A DNA stretch of 64,000 bases from a virus. Taxonomy: Duplodnaviria > Caudoviricetes. The translations under genes and the position numbers were made by a program. Positions 53,215 through 62,893 of this stretch are shown one piece after another; positions within the stretch are counted from its first letter, which is position 1, and the number at the start of each line of letters is the position of its first letter. Below the pieces are notes generated by a model, which worked only from the letters and a program-made list of their open reading frames with translations, was not told the DNA's origin and did not search any database. The stretch covers positions 1 to 64,000 of IMG/VR virus record IMGVR_UViG_2524614838_000004; one strand, written 5' to 3'.

Positions 53215-53802
53215 ATGGCAAAAACATTGAGGAATCCAAAGAAAGAAAACTTAAGTCTATGGAATTCTTATCATAGCATGAAAAAACGCTGTTTAAATCC
53301 TAATTGCAAGCGCTATAAAGACTACGGTGGAAGAGGAATCAAGATATGTGAAGAATGGCTTAAAGGCTTTGATGCATTTGCAGATTGGGCAAAAGCAAAT
53401 GGATACAGGAACGGATTGACCATAGAGCGAAAAGATGTGAATGGCAATTACGAGCCGGATAACTGTATATGGATCACAAAGCAACAGCAGGCTTTTAATA
53501 AAAGGGATTCAATATTTGTCACTTATCGAGGACGGACAAAAGATTTAATGGTGTGGTGTAATGAATTAGGGCTGACGTATGATACATTTCATAACCGTAT
53601 TACTTGTGGGTGGTCCCCTGAAAAGGCATTTGAAAGCCCTGCTAACGGAAAATCTTTTGCTCAAGTGTGTAGGGAGCATGGTTTAAAACCAGCAACGGTT
53701 AGAGATAGAGTTTACAAATTGGGTTGGGACTTAGAAGTTGCATTGAATACGCCAAGTGCAGGCCTGGGAGCCAATCAGCAGACTTATATGGGGAGGATTT
53801 GA
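53215..53802 (+). CDS. HNH-family homing endonuclease
   Basis: MKKRC.NPN..RYKDYGGRGI.ICEEW...TIERKDVNGNYEPDNC. Confidence 0.85.
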   Translation: MAKTLRNPKKENLSLWNSYHSMKKRCLNPNCKRYKDYGGRGIKICEEWLKGFDAFADWAKANGYRNGLTIERKDVNGNYEPDNCIWITKQQQAFNKRDSIFVTYRGRTKDLMVWCNELGLTYDTFHNRITCGWSPEKAFESPANGKSFAQVCREHGLKPATVRDRVYKLGWDLEVALNTPSAGLGANQQTYMGRI

Positions 53803-53804
53803 TT

Positions 53805-54236
53805 ATGAAATTAACGAGAGAATATTTAGCGACTTATACATATCTGGAATCCGAAATTAAGCGTCTTAGGCGCAGGATAAAATACTATGAAAATAATCCA
53901 TTGACTTCTGAATATGGGATTGTGAAAGGATCTTTAAAGCAGTTCCCATTTACGGAATGTCATTTTGTAGTTTCAGGGGCAAACGTGAAATCGAATGAAG
54001 AAAGGGAAAAGGCGGTTCGGCAGCTCCTAATAGATTTGAAAGGTAACGAGCAGCTTTTTGAAGATATGAAATTGGAGATAGAATGTTTTCTTGAAAAGTT
54101 GGGTCCGGAGCAGGTGGAAATTAAGCAGATCCTGTATTATAGATATGTTGAACACTGGCCTTATGACGAGATTGCAAAGAAATTGAATTATGATAGGACA
54201 ACCATTCAAAAGAAGATTGAAAAGTTTTTGAATTAG
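53805..54236 (+). CDS. ArpU/RinA-like transcriptional activator 2
   Basis: ILYYRYVEHWPYDEIAKKLNYDRTTIQKKI. Confidence 0.75.
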   Translation: MKLTREYLATYTYLESEIKRLRRRIKYYENNPLTSEYGIVKGSLKQFPFTECHFVVSGANVKSNEEREKAVRQLLIDLKGNEQLFEDMKLEIECFLEKLGPEQVEIKQILYYRYVEHWPYDEIAKKLNYDRTTIQKKIEKFLN

Positions 54237-54361
54237 TTACAATAGAAATAGAATTTTATTGAATATCGTTGCAATTAGGTATGAATTGATATAATATTTT
54301 TATATAACTTGAATGAACTAATCTGTTTACTATTTAGAAAAAACATTAATGGAGAATTAAT

Positions 54362-55294
54362 ATGAAAAAACCAAAGGTATTAGGAAAAAACAATATAAGA
54401 GGAACAATATACGTTGATGATTTTAAATTTAGTAGTGGTCATAGCGCACCAATTTACGAAGTTTTTGACTGTCATGGATTAAATAAAATTATTGGTTATG
54501 CCAAACTTTTAAATCAGGAATATGGAAAAGTTTATTACAGAGGACAATGTAATTTATATGAATCGTTGTTGCCCAGTTTATTTCACGAAAAAACAAATAA
54601 AAGTGGAATGAAAATTTCTAAACTAAAAAAAATTATCAATGCTTCTTTAAATGATAAAAAATTTTCAAAAGAAATACATTTAAACAAGGATAACAAAAAT
54701 TCATATGATATTATTGAAGGTATGTTGCAGCATTATGGGATTAATACTCGCTGCATTGATGCGGTAGATAATCATTGGATTGCATTATGGTTTGGTTTAA
54801 ATAAATATTACTGTCAAAGTATAGGGAAAATTACCTACGCAACATATATTAATAGAATTAAAAATAATTATAGTTCTGAAATGATAACGAGAATATTAAA
54901 AGGCGATGATCCGTTAAGGTATCAATATGTTATGTTAATTGCGGCAGATAGTAATGAAGCAATTAATGGTGTTGAAAACGGAAATGATATAATAACAATT
55001 GACTTAAGAATTGCATTACCTTCAACTTTTTTAAGACCACATGCACAACATGCAATTATACTAAAAAAAAGATTACATGATAATTCTTGTGATTATGATA
55101 TCTCTAGAAATGTCGTAGGCATATTGAAGGTTCGAAATGATATAGTCTATTCTTGGTTGGGGGATGGAGAACTTGTAAAATTCAATAATCTTTTCCCCTC
55201 TCCATTTTATGACAATGCATATAGAATTTTGTTACAAAGAGATGATTTATTTAATGATGGGAAAAATTCGATTGTGCGGTATACTTATGACTAA
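54362..55294 (+). CDS. FRG-domain protein (AT-rich moron)
   Basis: YYRGQ..LYESLLPSLF; MLQHYGINTRCID..DN.WIALWFG; RPHAQHA. Confidence 0.85.
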   Translation: MKKPKVLGKNNIRGTIYVDDFKFSSGHSAPIYEVFDCHGLNKIIGYAKLLNQEYGKVYYRGQCNLYESLLPSLFHEKTNKSGMKISKLKKIINASLNDKKFSKEIHLNKDNKNSYDIIEGMLQHYGINTRCIDAVDNHWIALWFGLNKYYCQSIGKITYATYINRIKNNYSSEMITRILKGDDPLRYQYVMLIAADSNEAINGVENGNDIITIDLRIALPSTFLRPHAQHAIILKKRLHDNSCDYDISRNVVGILKVRNDIVYSWLGDGELVKFNNLFPSPFYDNAYRILLQRDDLFNDGKNSIVRYTYD

Positions 55295-55299
55295 AAGAA

Positions 55300-55388
55300 A
55301 ATTTCCCACATTTCCCATTTCATATATGTTAAAATGATATTGTGGTATAGAATGAAAAGAAAGCGTTATCCTAGAGATGGCGCTTTTT
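55300..55388 (+). promoter_or_regulatory. Probable activator-dependent late promoter and hairpin
   Basis: TTTCCCACATTTCCCATTTC repeat then TAAAAT -10; AAGCGTTATC/GATGGCGCTT hairpin. Confidence 0.45.
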
Positions 55389-55409
55389 GTTATGTCTGGA
55401 GGTGGGGAT

Positions 55410-55808
55410 TTGGCATTTGAAGGCTGGCTATTAAAAATAAATGGAACAGTGTTTCCAACTGAATTGATTGCGCTGGAATCCTATAAATGTATACCAGATC
55501 AGATAATGGACCTGGACCCCTACAGAGATGGAAGTGGGGAGTTACATCGTAACGTATTGCCACATACAGCTACGTCCATGGAATTCTCCACCACGCATCT
55601 GCGATTGAGAGATGTTGACAGACTAAACGCCTTTGTCCCCCATGGTAACAGGGTAAAATGTGAAATAGAATATTGGAATCCCAATACGTCCTCGTATAAG
55701 TCGGGGGCGTTTTATATTTCCGATATTCCGTATGAAATTGTAAATATTGATGAGAAAAGAAAGGATATACTATACAAGCCTATTAAGATAACAATAACCG
55801 AGTATTAA
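55410..55808 (+). CDS. Distal tail-type protein (DUF6711-like)
   Basis: RDGSGELHRNVL motif; precedes the tail-tip gene. Confidence 0.7.
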   Translation: MAFEGWLLKINGTVFPTELIALESYKCIPDQIMDLDPYRDGSGELHRNVLPHTATSMEFSTTHLRLRDVDRLNAFVPHGNRVKCEIEYWNPNTSSYKSGAFYISDIPYEIVNIDEKRKDILYKPIKITITEY

Positions 55809-55821
55809 GGAGGCTAGATCT

Positions 55822-57819
55822 ATGCTGAATATCCCAGAAGAAATAAAAGAACTGTTTCGGGCAGATAATGCCCGGTCAGAAACTGTAAAGCATTTGAAAC
55901 TTCGTTTTTATGATGAGGAGATAAGGCTACTTTTTCCAGAAGATACACTCTTCCCATCAGATGACTTATTTCCAGTTGATCAGGAACCGGTCTATGTGAT
56001 AGATAACAGTCAGATTTATTCTGAATCACTGGCAATAGAGGAAAATCTATGCGCAAGTCAAGACTTGGCATTTGGAGAATGTAATTCATCACAGTTTGAG
56101 ATAACGGTGGCTGATGTTTTGATGGACCTGACTGGAAAAGAATTTATGGCCACTGTTGAAATCGGTGGTTATGAAATGGCGTTGGGTATTTATAGGGTAG
56201 ATAGTTTTGAGCGTCAGGCTGATAGACGAATGAAAAAGATTGTTGCTTATGACAGAATGCTGAAATTTGATATTGATGTAGCGGATTGGTATCGGGGACT
56301 TACCTTTCCTATGACTTTGAAGCAGTTCCGGGATTCGTTATGCGCTCATGTGGGAGTTACACAAATCACGGCTACTTTACCTATGGACGATATGCAGTTG
56401 ACTAAAACTATTGATCCAGAGCAATTGAATGGCCGTAAGGTTTTAATGGCTATATGCGAAATAAATGGGTGCTTTGGAAATATTGATAAGACTGGCAGGC
56501 TTACATATAAATTCCTTGGAACTTCCGGTTTGTTTCCATCTGAAACCTTATTTCCTGATGATGAATTATTTCCCGCTGAGATGACTAATGCGGAAACTTT
56601 ATCCTACTACAAGCAATCGGAAACACATTATGAAGACTATTTGGTCAATCCTATTGACAAGGTGCAGATCAGACAGGAGGAAGGTGACGTTGGGGCTTCC
56701 TATGGACCGGGAAGTAACTGCTATGTAATCCAGGGGAATTTCCTGGCATATGGGAAGTCAGCTGAACAGCTTCTTGCGATTGCTTCCACGGTTTATGATC
56801 AGGTTTCCGGAAGGATTTATAGGCCGTGTCAAATCGTTGGCCCGGCCCTTCCTTGGGTGGAAGTTGGGGACGGCATTATCTGCTATACTACTGATGATGT
56901 GATTGAAACCTATTGTCTTAAGCGGACAACGAAAGGTATTCAGGGTATGATGGATACTTACGAGGCTAGCGGCAATATTGAACAGGAGCAGAGAACCGGC
57001 CTAAGTGATCAGATTATTCAATTGGAAGGTAAGACAGCTGTCATCAAGAAATCAGTTGAAGAAGTATCTGTTAGGGTAACAGATCTGAAGGAATATACCG
57101 AAGCGCAATTTAAGGTGACAGCTGACCAGATCCTTGCGGAAGTTACCAGGGCAAAACAAGCCGAAGCATCATTGAGTATTCGCGCTGATCAGATTGCTAC
57201 ATCGGTAACGAATCTTGCCAATGATACCAATTCCCGATTTACGCAGACGGCAAATCAGATTGCCCTGAAGGTAAGCAAGGGTGATGTTTCTTCACAGCTT
57301 TCAGTAGAGAGTGATAAGGTAACGATATCCAGCAATAGGCTCATTGTAAACAGTACAAACTTTCAACTTGATGGAAATGGAAATGCCACATTTAGTGGAA
57401 GAGTACAAGGAGCTCAGGTGATTGGTTCTTCCATAAGTGGCGGCTCCATCAATATAGGCAACGGTACTTTCTGGGTGGATTCAGGAGGGAATGCTGCTAT
57501 TAATGCGGGAAATATTGATCTGGGACCTATAAGTATTAATTCTAATTATACAGATTTGGGAGCGTTTAGAGTATCCGGAAATCAATATGGGGCCTTTTTT
57601 AGTCAGAATGATGAAATATGGCTCTATACGAGTGCATGGCCGCTTGGTAACGGTCCAGCCCTTGAATTTAAAAGGGGAGGGACCGTTACAACAAGAATTG
57701 GATGGGGTGGAATGAATACTCAACAAATTAATTGCAATGATATATATTTAGACGATCCCTGGGTTGCTGGTTGGAGTCTCGTGGATATGCTGAAAGATAT
57801 TTATAACAGATTACCATGA
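55822..57819 (+). CDS. Tail-tip / baseplate hub protein
   Basis: FGECNSSQFEI, ICEINGCFG.I, GPALPWVEVGD, coiled-coil region with ITQTA-type repeats. Confidence 0.8.
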   Translation: MLNIPEEIKELFRADNARSETVKHLKLRFYDEEIRLLFPEDTLFPSDDLFPVDQEPVYVIDNSQIYSESLAIEENLCASQDLAFGECNSSQFEITVADVLMDLTGKEFMATVEIGGYEMALGIYRVDSFERQADRRMKKIVAYDRMLKFDIDVADWYRGLTFPMTLKQFRDSLCAHVGVTQITATLPMDDMQLTKTIDPEQLNGRKVLMAICEINGCFGNIDKTGRLTYKFLGTSGLFPSETLFPDDELFPAEMTNAETLSYYKQSETHYEDYLVNPIDKVQIRQEEGDVGASYGPGSNCYVIQGNFLAYGKSAEQLLAIASTVYDQVSGRIYRPCQIVGPALPWVEVGDGIICYTTDDVIETYCLKRTTKGIQGMMDTYEASGNIEQEQRTGLSDQIIQLEGKTAVIKKSVEEVSVRVTDLKEYTEAQFKVTADQILAEVTRAKQAEASLSIRADQIATSVTNLANDTNSRFTQTANQIALKVSKGDVSSQLSVESDKVTISSNRLIVNSTNFQLDGNGNATFSGRVQGAQVIGSSISGGSINIGNGTFWVDSGGNAAINAGNIDLGPISINSNYTDLGAFRVSGNQYGAFFSQNDEIWLYTSAWPLGNGPALEFKRGGTVTTRIGWGGMNTQQINCNDIYLDDPWVAGWSLVDMLKDIYNRLP

Positions 57820-57911
57820 TGGCCTTAAATATTCATATTTCATAAGAAATAGGAAGGAGGGTTGATTTAAAAGAAAATAGTGGATATAATACAGATAAGG
57901 AGGTAATGTCA

Positions 57912-58427
57912 ATGAAAAGAATAAAAATAGTATCTATATTAGCTGTATTATTTATCACCTTATTTTCTTTTAATGCTTTTGCCATGGGGAAAGAATATAG
58001 AGAACCTGAACGCCCATCACCACTAAACGAAGAACTTGGTAAAGGGTGGACATGGTTAAGCGATGATACTTGCGCACAATTTAAAATGTCAGAAGACATT
58101 AAAATAAGTAACATCAAAAGAATGTTTGACCTTGGAATGGTGCGTGGTTGGCAAGGTATACAGAACCGTGACACTTATTCCGGAAAATGGTCCCAGTCTT
58201 CAGAAGGAATCTGGTCATTCGAGTTTGACGATAAAACAATTCCGGTGGGAGTAACTAAGATTGACGGCGTTCTATATGCCTTTACAGGCTATGGAGAACT
58301 GAAGGCCGATTATGAGTACTATGATGGCCTTAAGACTGGTGCAGATGGCCTTGTGACGGCTGACAGTGCAGAGTTTAAGGACTGGCTTGCAACGCAGTAC
58401 CTTCCTGAATGTACAAGCCACGAATAA
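57912..58427 (+). CDS. Secreted moron protein with a cell-wall-binding-like repeat
   Basis: Signal peptide ending AFA-M; GVTKIDGVLYAF; promoter TTGATT-17-TATAAT; terminator at 58447-58474. Confidence 0.75.
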   Translation: MKRIKIVSILAVLFITLFSFNAFAMGKEYREPERPSPLNEELGKGWTWLSDDTCAQFKMSEDIKISNIKRMFDLGMVRGWQGIQNRDTYSGKWSQSSEGIWSFEFDDKTIPVGVTKIDGVLYAFTGYGELKADYEYYDGLKTGADGLVTADSAEFKDWLATQYLPECTSHE

Positions 58428-58499
58428 TTTAATAAAAACTATTACAGAGAGCGAGGATTATTCCCCGCTCTTTTTGTGTGCCGAAAGGAGTAAGAAGCA

Positions 58500-58859
58500 A
58501 TGGAAATACATAGTTTGGAAATCGACATCGATGTTGGCGTTTTAAAGATCAACGGAAGAGATTATAAAGAAAAACCTATTGTTGTTACGCTCCCGGGTCC
58601 GGAAGGCTGGCCGTTGGTGAGACTTTTTAATGCTGAAAAAGCAACTGGAATTCCGGGAGCGTGTGATGAGTTAACAGTATCCTACGTGGAAAAAGTGGAG
58701 GTGAAGGAGATGTCAGAAGAACAGAAAAGATTAGAAAAGGCGCTATTAGATTTCATTGAAAGAGTTTCAAGTAATGCTGCTTCTGAGAAAGAAGTAGAGA
58801 TTATCCCAGAAGCAGCATTGGCCTTGATTGAATTATGGAAGATTACGAGATCATTCTGA
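58500..58859 (+). CDS. Hypothetical protein
   Basis: RBS AAGGAG; converges on 58851-59033. Confidence 0.55.
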   Translation: MEIHSLEIDIDVGVLKINGRDYKEKPIVVTLPGPEGWPLVRLFNAEKATGIPGACDELTVSYVEKVEVKEMSEEQKRLEKALLDFIERVSSNAASEKEVEIIPEAALALIELWKITRSF

Positions 58860-59033
58860 TTCGTATGTATCTTCAAGTAATTCTACAAACTCATTGTAAA
58901 TTTCACGCATAAATAAGGCCACGTTCTTTCCGGTCTTTTCTTCCATCGTGATAACTGAGTTTGACAATTTGGCTACCATCAATTCTTTGGTGTAGTCTAC
59001 AGCAACTTTTTTGATTCTAGGATCCAAAGCCAT
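58851..59033 (-). CDS. 60-aa antisense-oriented moron protein (MALDPRIKK...)
   Basis: RBS GAAAGGAGA before ATG 59033. Confidence 0.65.
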   Translation of the reverse strand: MALDPRIKKVAVDYTKELMVAKLSNSVITMEEKTGKNVALFMREIYNEFVELLEDTYESE

Positions 59034-59135
59034 GTTATTTTTCTCCTTTCTTCTGTACTTGGCCGGGCATGACCTGTAATCACAGTATAGAAGATTTGGG
59101 AGAATATGGCAATTCACTTTAAGAAAGGAGAGTCT

Positions 59136-59456
59136 ATGAATAAAGTAATTACTTTTACAGAGGAGCAGGTGCTGCAAATTCAATACATGCTGAATGCTGT
59201 CACAGTGACCGGGATCCAGAATGCCAAGCAGATAGCGGCCATTGCGCAAATGTTGGAGCTGGGAACGCCGGGTGAAATTAAGGAACCTGAAAAGAAAGAA
59301 AATCATTATTCCTCGGATGATTGGGAGAATCCGCCTGAACAAAAGACCAGTGTTAGTGATACTCCCTCTAAAAGGCCTGTCCATAGTAAATGGGAAAAGT
59401 TATCCGACATTGATGCTAGGGTCAATGAGGAGGAAAAGAAAGAGGGTGAAGGTTAA
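59136..59456 (+). CDS. Hypothetical tail-associated protein
   Basis: RBS AAAGGAG. Confidence 0.6.
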   Translation: MNKVITFTEEQVLQIQYMLNAVTVTGIQNAKQIAAIAQMLELGTPGEIKEPEKKENHYSSDDWENPPEQKTSVSDTPSKRPVHSKWEKLSDIDARVNEEEKKEGEG

Positions 59457-60571
59457 TGGCATTGCAACCATTTTACACCGTTACAGATTGGCAGAACTTG
59501 CCATCGCAGAAAACAGCACTAAATCGGACTAATTTACTTCACACGGAAAATGGAGTAAAGGAACTGGATAACAGGACCGTACAGCTGGACGCAAGCAAGG
59601 CAGATAAATCCCTGGTTAATGCTTTGGTAAAAGACATTACGGTGGACGCTGACACCGGAATATTAACAATAACCTATCAAAATGGTACGGTTAAGACTTA
59701 TGATCTGGATATTGAAAAGGTAGTAACAAACTTTGATATCAACGATGATAATGAGTTAGTGCTTACCCTGGCAGACGGTACGCAGAAGATCATTGATCTT
59801 ACCAGATTTGTTTATTCGGTAGCAAGTACGGCCACTATCTCCATGACGATCACTGACCGAGTCATGCGGGCGACTATTGTTGATGGTTCCGTAACCATGG
59901 CAAAATTAGATGCTGCTATTCAGACAGAATTCCGGCAGTATATGCTTGACGCTCAGGCCGCCCGTGATGCCGCCCTTCAGTATCAATTATTTGCTAAGCG
60001 GTACACGCTTGGAGATCAGAGTTTTCCAGGGAGTGAAATAGATAATGCTAAATATTATTACGAGCAGACGAAAACCGCAGAGGAAAATGTAATCCAGAAT
60101 GCTCAATCCGCTGCAGAGAGTGCCGGCACGGCTACGGAGCAGGCCACGATTGCAACGCAAAAAGCCACAGCTGCTACAGCTGCCACGAATACGGCAACCG
60201 CAGCGGCACAAACGGCTACGGAGAAAGCCAACGCAGCAGCAGCCAGTGAGCAGGTGGCAACACAGAAAGCGGCAGCTGCAGGGGCCAGCCAAATAGCGGC
60301 AGCTCAGAGCGCCACTGAAACCTCTGATAGTGCGTTACAGGCCAAACGATATGCAATAGGCGGCGTGGTGCCGGAAGATCCGGAAGATAATGCAAAATGG
60401 TATTATCAACAAACAAAGAATCTGAAAGAACAGGTGGACGCGGCGGCTAAGATATCGGTTCCACATTTTTATGTGGATCCTGTCACTATGCAGCTCATGA
60501 GTGATACGGAAGCCAAGGGTATGAGGTTTTGGTACAATAATGGAAAGTTTTATGGGGAGGTGACAGCATAA
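59456..60571 (+). CDS. Tail fibre / upper-baseplate shaft protein
   Basis: Ala/Thr/Gln-rich coiled coil, repeated NAKYYYEQ/NAKWYYQQ. Confidence 0.75.
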   Translation: MALQPFYTVTDWQNLPSQKTALNRTNLLHTENGVKELDNRTVQLDASKADKSLVNALVKDITVDADTGILTITYQNGTVKTYDLDIEKVVTNFDINDDNELVLTLADGTQKIIDLTRFVYSVASTATISMTITDRVMRATIVDGSVTMAKLDAAIQTEFRQYMLDAQAARDAALQYQLFAKRYTLGDQSFPGSEIDNAKYYYEQTKTAEENVIQNAQSAAESAGTATEQATIATQKATAATAATNTATAAAQTATEKANAAAASEQVATQKAAAAGASQIAAAQSATETSDSALQAKRYAIGGVVPEDPEDNAKWYYQQTKNLKEQVDAAAKISVPHFYVDPVTMQLMSDTEAKGMRFWYNNGKFYGEVTA

Positions 60572-61443
60572 TGGCTGAAATATATGGAACAATCGGGATC
60601 CGCCCTATGGGGGAATATAATCCTGATACAAAATATGAATTGTTGAATTTAGTCAATTATGACGGTAGCAGCTATGTAGCTCATACAGAACCGCCGTTGG
60701 GAACTCTGCCATCGAATACGGCATACTGGCAGGTATCAGCCCAGGGAACCAGTAAAGCTACGGCTGACAGCGTAGGAACGGTAAAGCCGGACGGAGTAAC
60801 AACGGAGGTTAGCGCTGATGGTACATTGAGTGCTAAAACTGCCTCGCAATCCACTGCTGGTATGGTGAAGGGTAGCCAAGGTATTACGGTAGGGACGGGC
60901 GGCGCAATTGATGTGAATACGGCCTTTACGCAGGCCACAGAACTGGCCAATATTATAGCCGGGGAAGCAATTGCGCAGGTGCTGGGGAAAATATCTAAGG
61001 CTATTGCAACAACAATGAACTTAGATCAAAACGCCTTACTTAAGAACATGCTGACTAATATGGATGCCAATGATCAGAATAAGATCAATACCGCTGCATA
61101 TGTACATACTCTTACGGAGCGCATTGGCATGAGTACAGAGCTGACTGCAGGTGCCAATTTAACCGCAGCCCTTAATGCACTAAATAGCAATTTACCGAAC
61201 CTAATCATAGCACAATCACAAACGCTTCCGGAAACAGCGGTACCGGCTAATGGTTATGTTGATATTTCGTACACCCCTACGCCCATAAACGGATATACTC
61301 CATTTCAGTATTCGCTTTGGTCTGGAGGGAATCCCTCTGTCGGTATTGTGGCTATCACATCCAGTTTGGTCAGGTTACGTAATTTTTCTGGTGCATCAAT
61401 AAATGCCACACCAATTATATCGGTGACATATAAAAGGGCCTAA
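60571..61443 (+). CDS. Receptor-binding tail fibre with exchangeable C-terminus (tip 1 currently expressed)
   Basis: GEYNPDTKYELLNLVNYDGSSY carbohydrate-binding-like start; ALNSNL crossover motif. Confidence 0.8.
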   Translation: MAEIYGTIGIRPMGEYNPDTKYELLNLVNYDGSSYVAHTEPPLGTLPSNTAYWQVSAQGTSKATADSVGTVKPDGVTTEVSADGTLSAKTASQSTAGMVKGSQGITVGTGGAIDVNTAFTQATELANIIAGEAIAQVLGKISKAIATTMNLDQNALLKNMLTNMDANDQNKINTAAYVHTLTERIGMSTELTAGANLTAALNALNSNLPNLIIAQSQTLPETAVPANGYVDISYTPTPINGYTPFQYSLWSGGNPSVGIVAITSSLVRLRNFSGASINATPIISVTYKRA

Positions 61444-61725
61444 ATGCTCATTTTTCGACCCAAGATCCCCATGTATTGACCCTCGTTCTTATCCAAAATC
61501 TAGGGGCCACCTCTAATGAGGTAAATTTTTGGATCGCGAAAGATGATGAGTCAATAAACATTGTTTCTACAATGCCGTGGAACGCAGCAGGAAGATTAGT
61601 GCAACTACTTGCTGCCCTGTATACAGAAAGAACATTGATGATGGTTGGAATTTCATTCAGATTTCCAGCATACTCACCTCTGTTTACTACCTTTGCGGAA
61701 ATATTGTTTAAATTGCTATTTAGTG
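61178..61725. mobile_element. 548-bp invertible tail-fibre segment bounded by 17-bp perfect inverted repeats
   Basis: CACTAAATAGCAATTTA at 61178-61194 and its exact inverse at 61709-61725. Confidence 0.9.
61448..61723 (-). other. Silent alternative tail-fibre tip (91 aa, pyocin-knob-like)
   Basis: Start-less open frame LNSNLNNISAK...GNLNEI...CTNLPAAFHG...QKF...WIRTRVNTWGSWVEK*, in frame with the repeat. Confidence 0.85.
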
Positions 61726-61797
61726 AAGAAAAGAAACTTGTAAATCACAGTCCCATAAGGGGCTTATTTTTATGCTCATCTGAGCGGAAAGGAAATT

Positions 61798-62208
61798 ATG
61801 AGTAATATAAGAATCGAAAGAATTAAGTTTGGTACTCAGGAATTCGATCTGATCGCAGCCGGGGTTAATCTTGGAGAAAGTGGTGGAACCATTGCCTTTT
61901 TGAAAGGGTCCGCTTCTTTCGAGTCCATCGAAGCTGCCTTGAAAGAAAATGGAAGCATAGTACAGATCGGATTATCCGGAGAGCCGGACTGGACCCGGTC
62001 TGACTTAGTTTATGCGGGCAAGCTGGCAAAACAGTCCGATCAGGTTATCGGCACGGCAGAAGATGGTGTGACCTCCATCACAGCAGATGTCATAACCGCC
62101 ACTTTTCGCACACCGGATCTGACCGAAACCGTAAAGGAACAGGCTGCAGAGATCAAATCATTAAGAGCAACTGTTGACACATTAGTATTATCAAGTTTGG
62201 AGGGATAA
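61798..62208 (+). CDS. Hypothetical tail-assembly protein
   Basis: RBS; position before an XkdX-like gene. Confidence 0.65.
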   Translation: MSNIRIERIKFGTQEFDLIAAGVNLGESGGTIAFLKGSASFESIEAALKENGSIVQIGLSGEPDWTRSDLVYAGKLAKQSDQVIGTAEDGVTSITADVITATFRTPDLTETVKEQAAEIKSLRATVDTLVLSSLEG

Positions 62209-62210
62209 GC

Positions 62211-62339
62211 ATGTTTGATACATTAATGAGATTATTTGATAGCGGCAAGGGCCCGCTGACAACTGCAATGTTGGCGAATGCAGTCATTAAGAAATGGATT
62301 ACCGAAGAACAGAAACAGGAGATCCTTGCATCTAAATAA
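62211..62339 (+). CDS. XkdX-like small protein
   Basis: AVIKKWITEEQKQEI motif. Confidence 0.7.
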   Translation: MFDTLMRLFDSGKGPLTTAMLANAVIKKWITEEQKQEILASK

Positions 62340-62358
62340 ATGAAACGGAGGTGCTGCC

Positions 62359-62685
62359 ATGACTGAAACGGAGGTTGCGGTTAGATTGGAAGCCCATGAG
62401 CATGAAATAAAGTCTTTGAAACACCGAATGGAAGATCAGGAAGAACAGAGCAAATCTATACAGGACCTGGTTCTATCGGTAAAGGAATTAGCTCTTAATA
62501 TGCAGGCAATGCTTAAGGAGCAGGGGAGCCAGGGGGAAAGGTTGGCTAAATTGGAGGCAGCTCCAGGAGAAACATGGAATAACATGAAACGGACGTTTGC
62601 AAACAGATTTATTGATATCATTGCCGGGGCGCTTGCTACCGGCATTATTGTTATGATAATTCAAAATTTAAAAATAGGAGGATAA
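62359..62685 (+). CDS. Lysis-accessory protein (coiled coil plus C-terminal TM)
   Basis: EHEIKSLKHRM coiled coil and one TM; precedes the holin. Confidence 0.65.
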   Translation: MTETEVAVRLEAHEHEIKSLKHRMEDQEEQSKSIQDLVLSVKELALNMQAMLKEQGSQGERLAKLEAAPGETWNNMKRTFANRFIDIIAGALATGIIVMIIQNLKIGG

Positions 62686-62689
62686 TATC

Positions 62690-62893
62690 ATGAACAAAGA
62701 TTATATGGTAAAGTGGGCAAAGGCAGCAGGAGTAAGAGCGGTAAAGACGATGGCGCAGACAGCTATTGCAACAATCGGGACAACGGCGGTAATGTCCGGT
62801 GTAGATTGGATTATGGTGGGATCAGCAACAGCACTGGCCGGGATCCTTTCCGTACTTACATCGGTAGCTGGACTGCCGGAGCTAAAAGAATAA
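62690..62893 (+). CDS. Holin (r1t-like)
   Basis: AAGVRAVKTMAQTAIATIG...VDW..V.S...LAGILSVLTSVAGLPE. Confidence 0.9.
   Translation: MNKDYMVKWAKAAGVRAVKTMAQTAIATIGTTAVMSGVDWIMVGSATALAGILSVLTSVAGLPELKE

Noticed and set aside
58851-59384. 177-aa minus-strand ORF as listed in the track
   Set aside because: Only the last 60 codons follow a real RBS; the rest overlaps a plus-strand gene.
60060-60345. Ala/Thr/Gln-rich quasi-repeats
   Set aside because: Ordinary coiled-coil fibre shaft coding; not a DNA-level array.
61476-61805. 109-aa plus-strand ORF after the tail fibre
   Set aside because: No RBS; it is the antisense shadow of the silent fibre tip.
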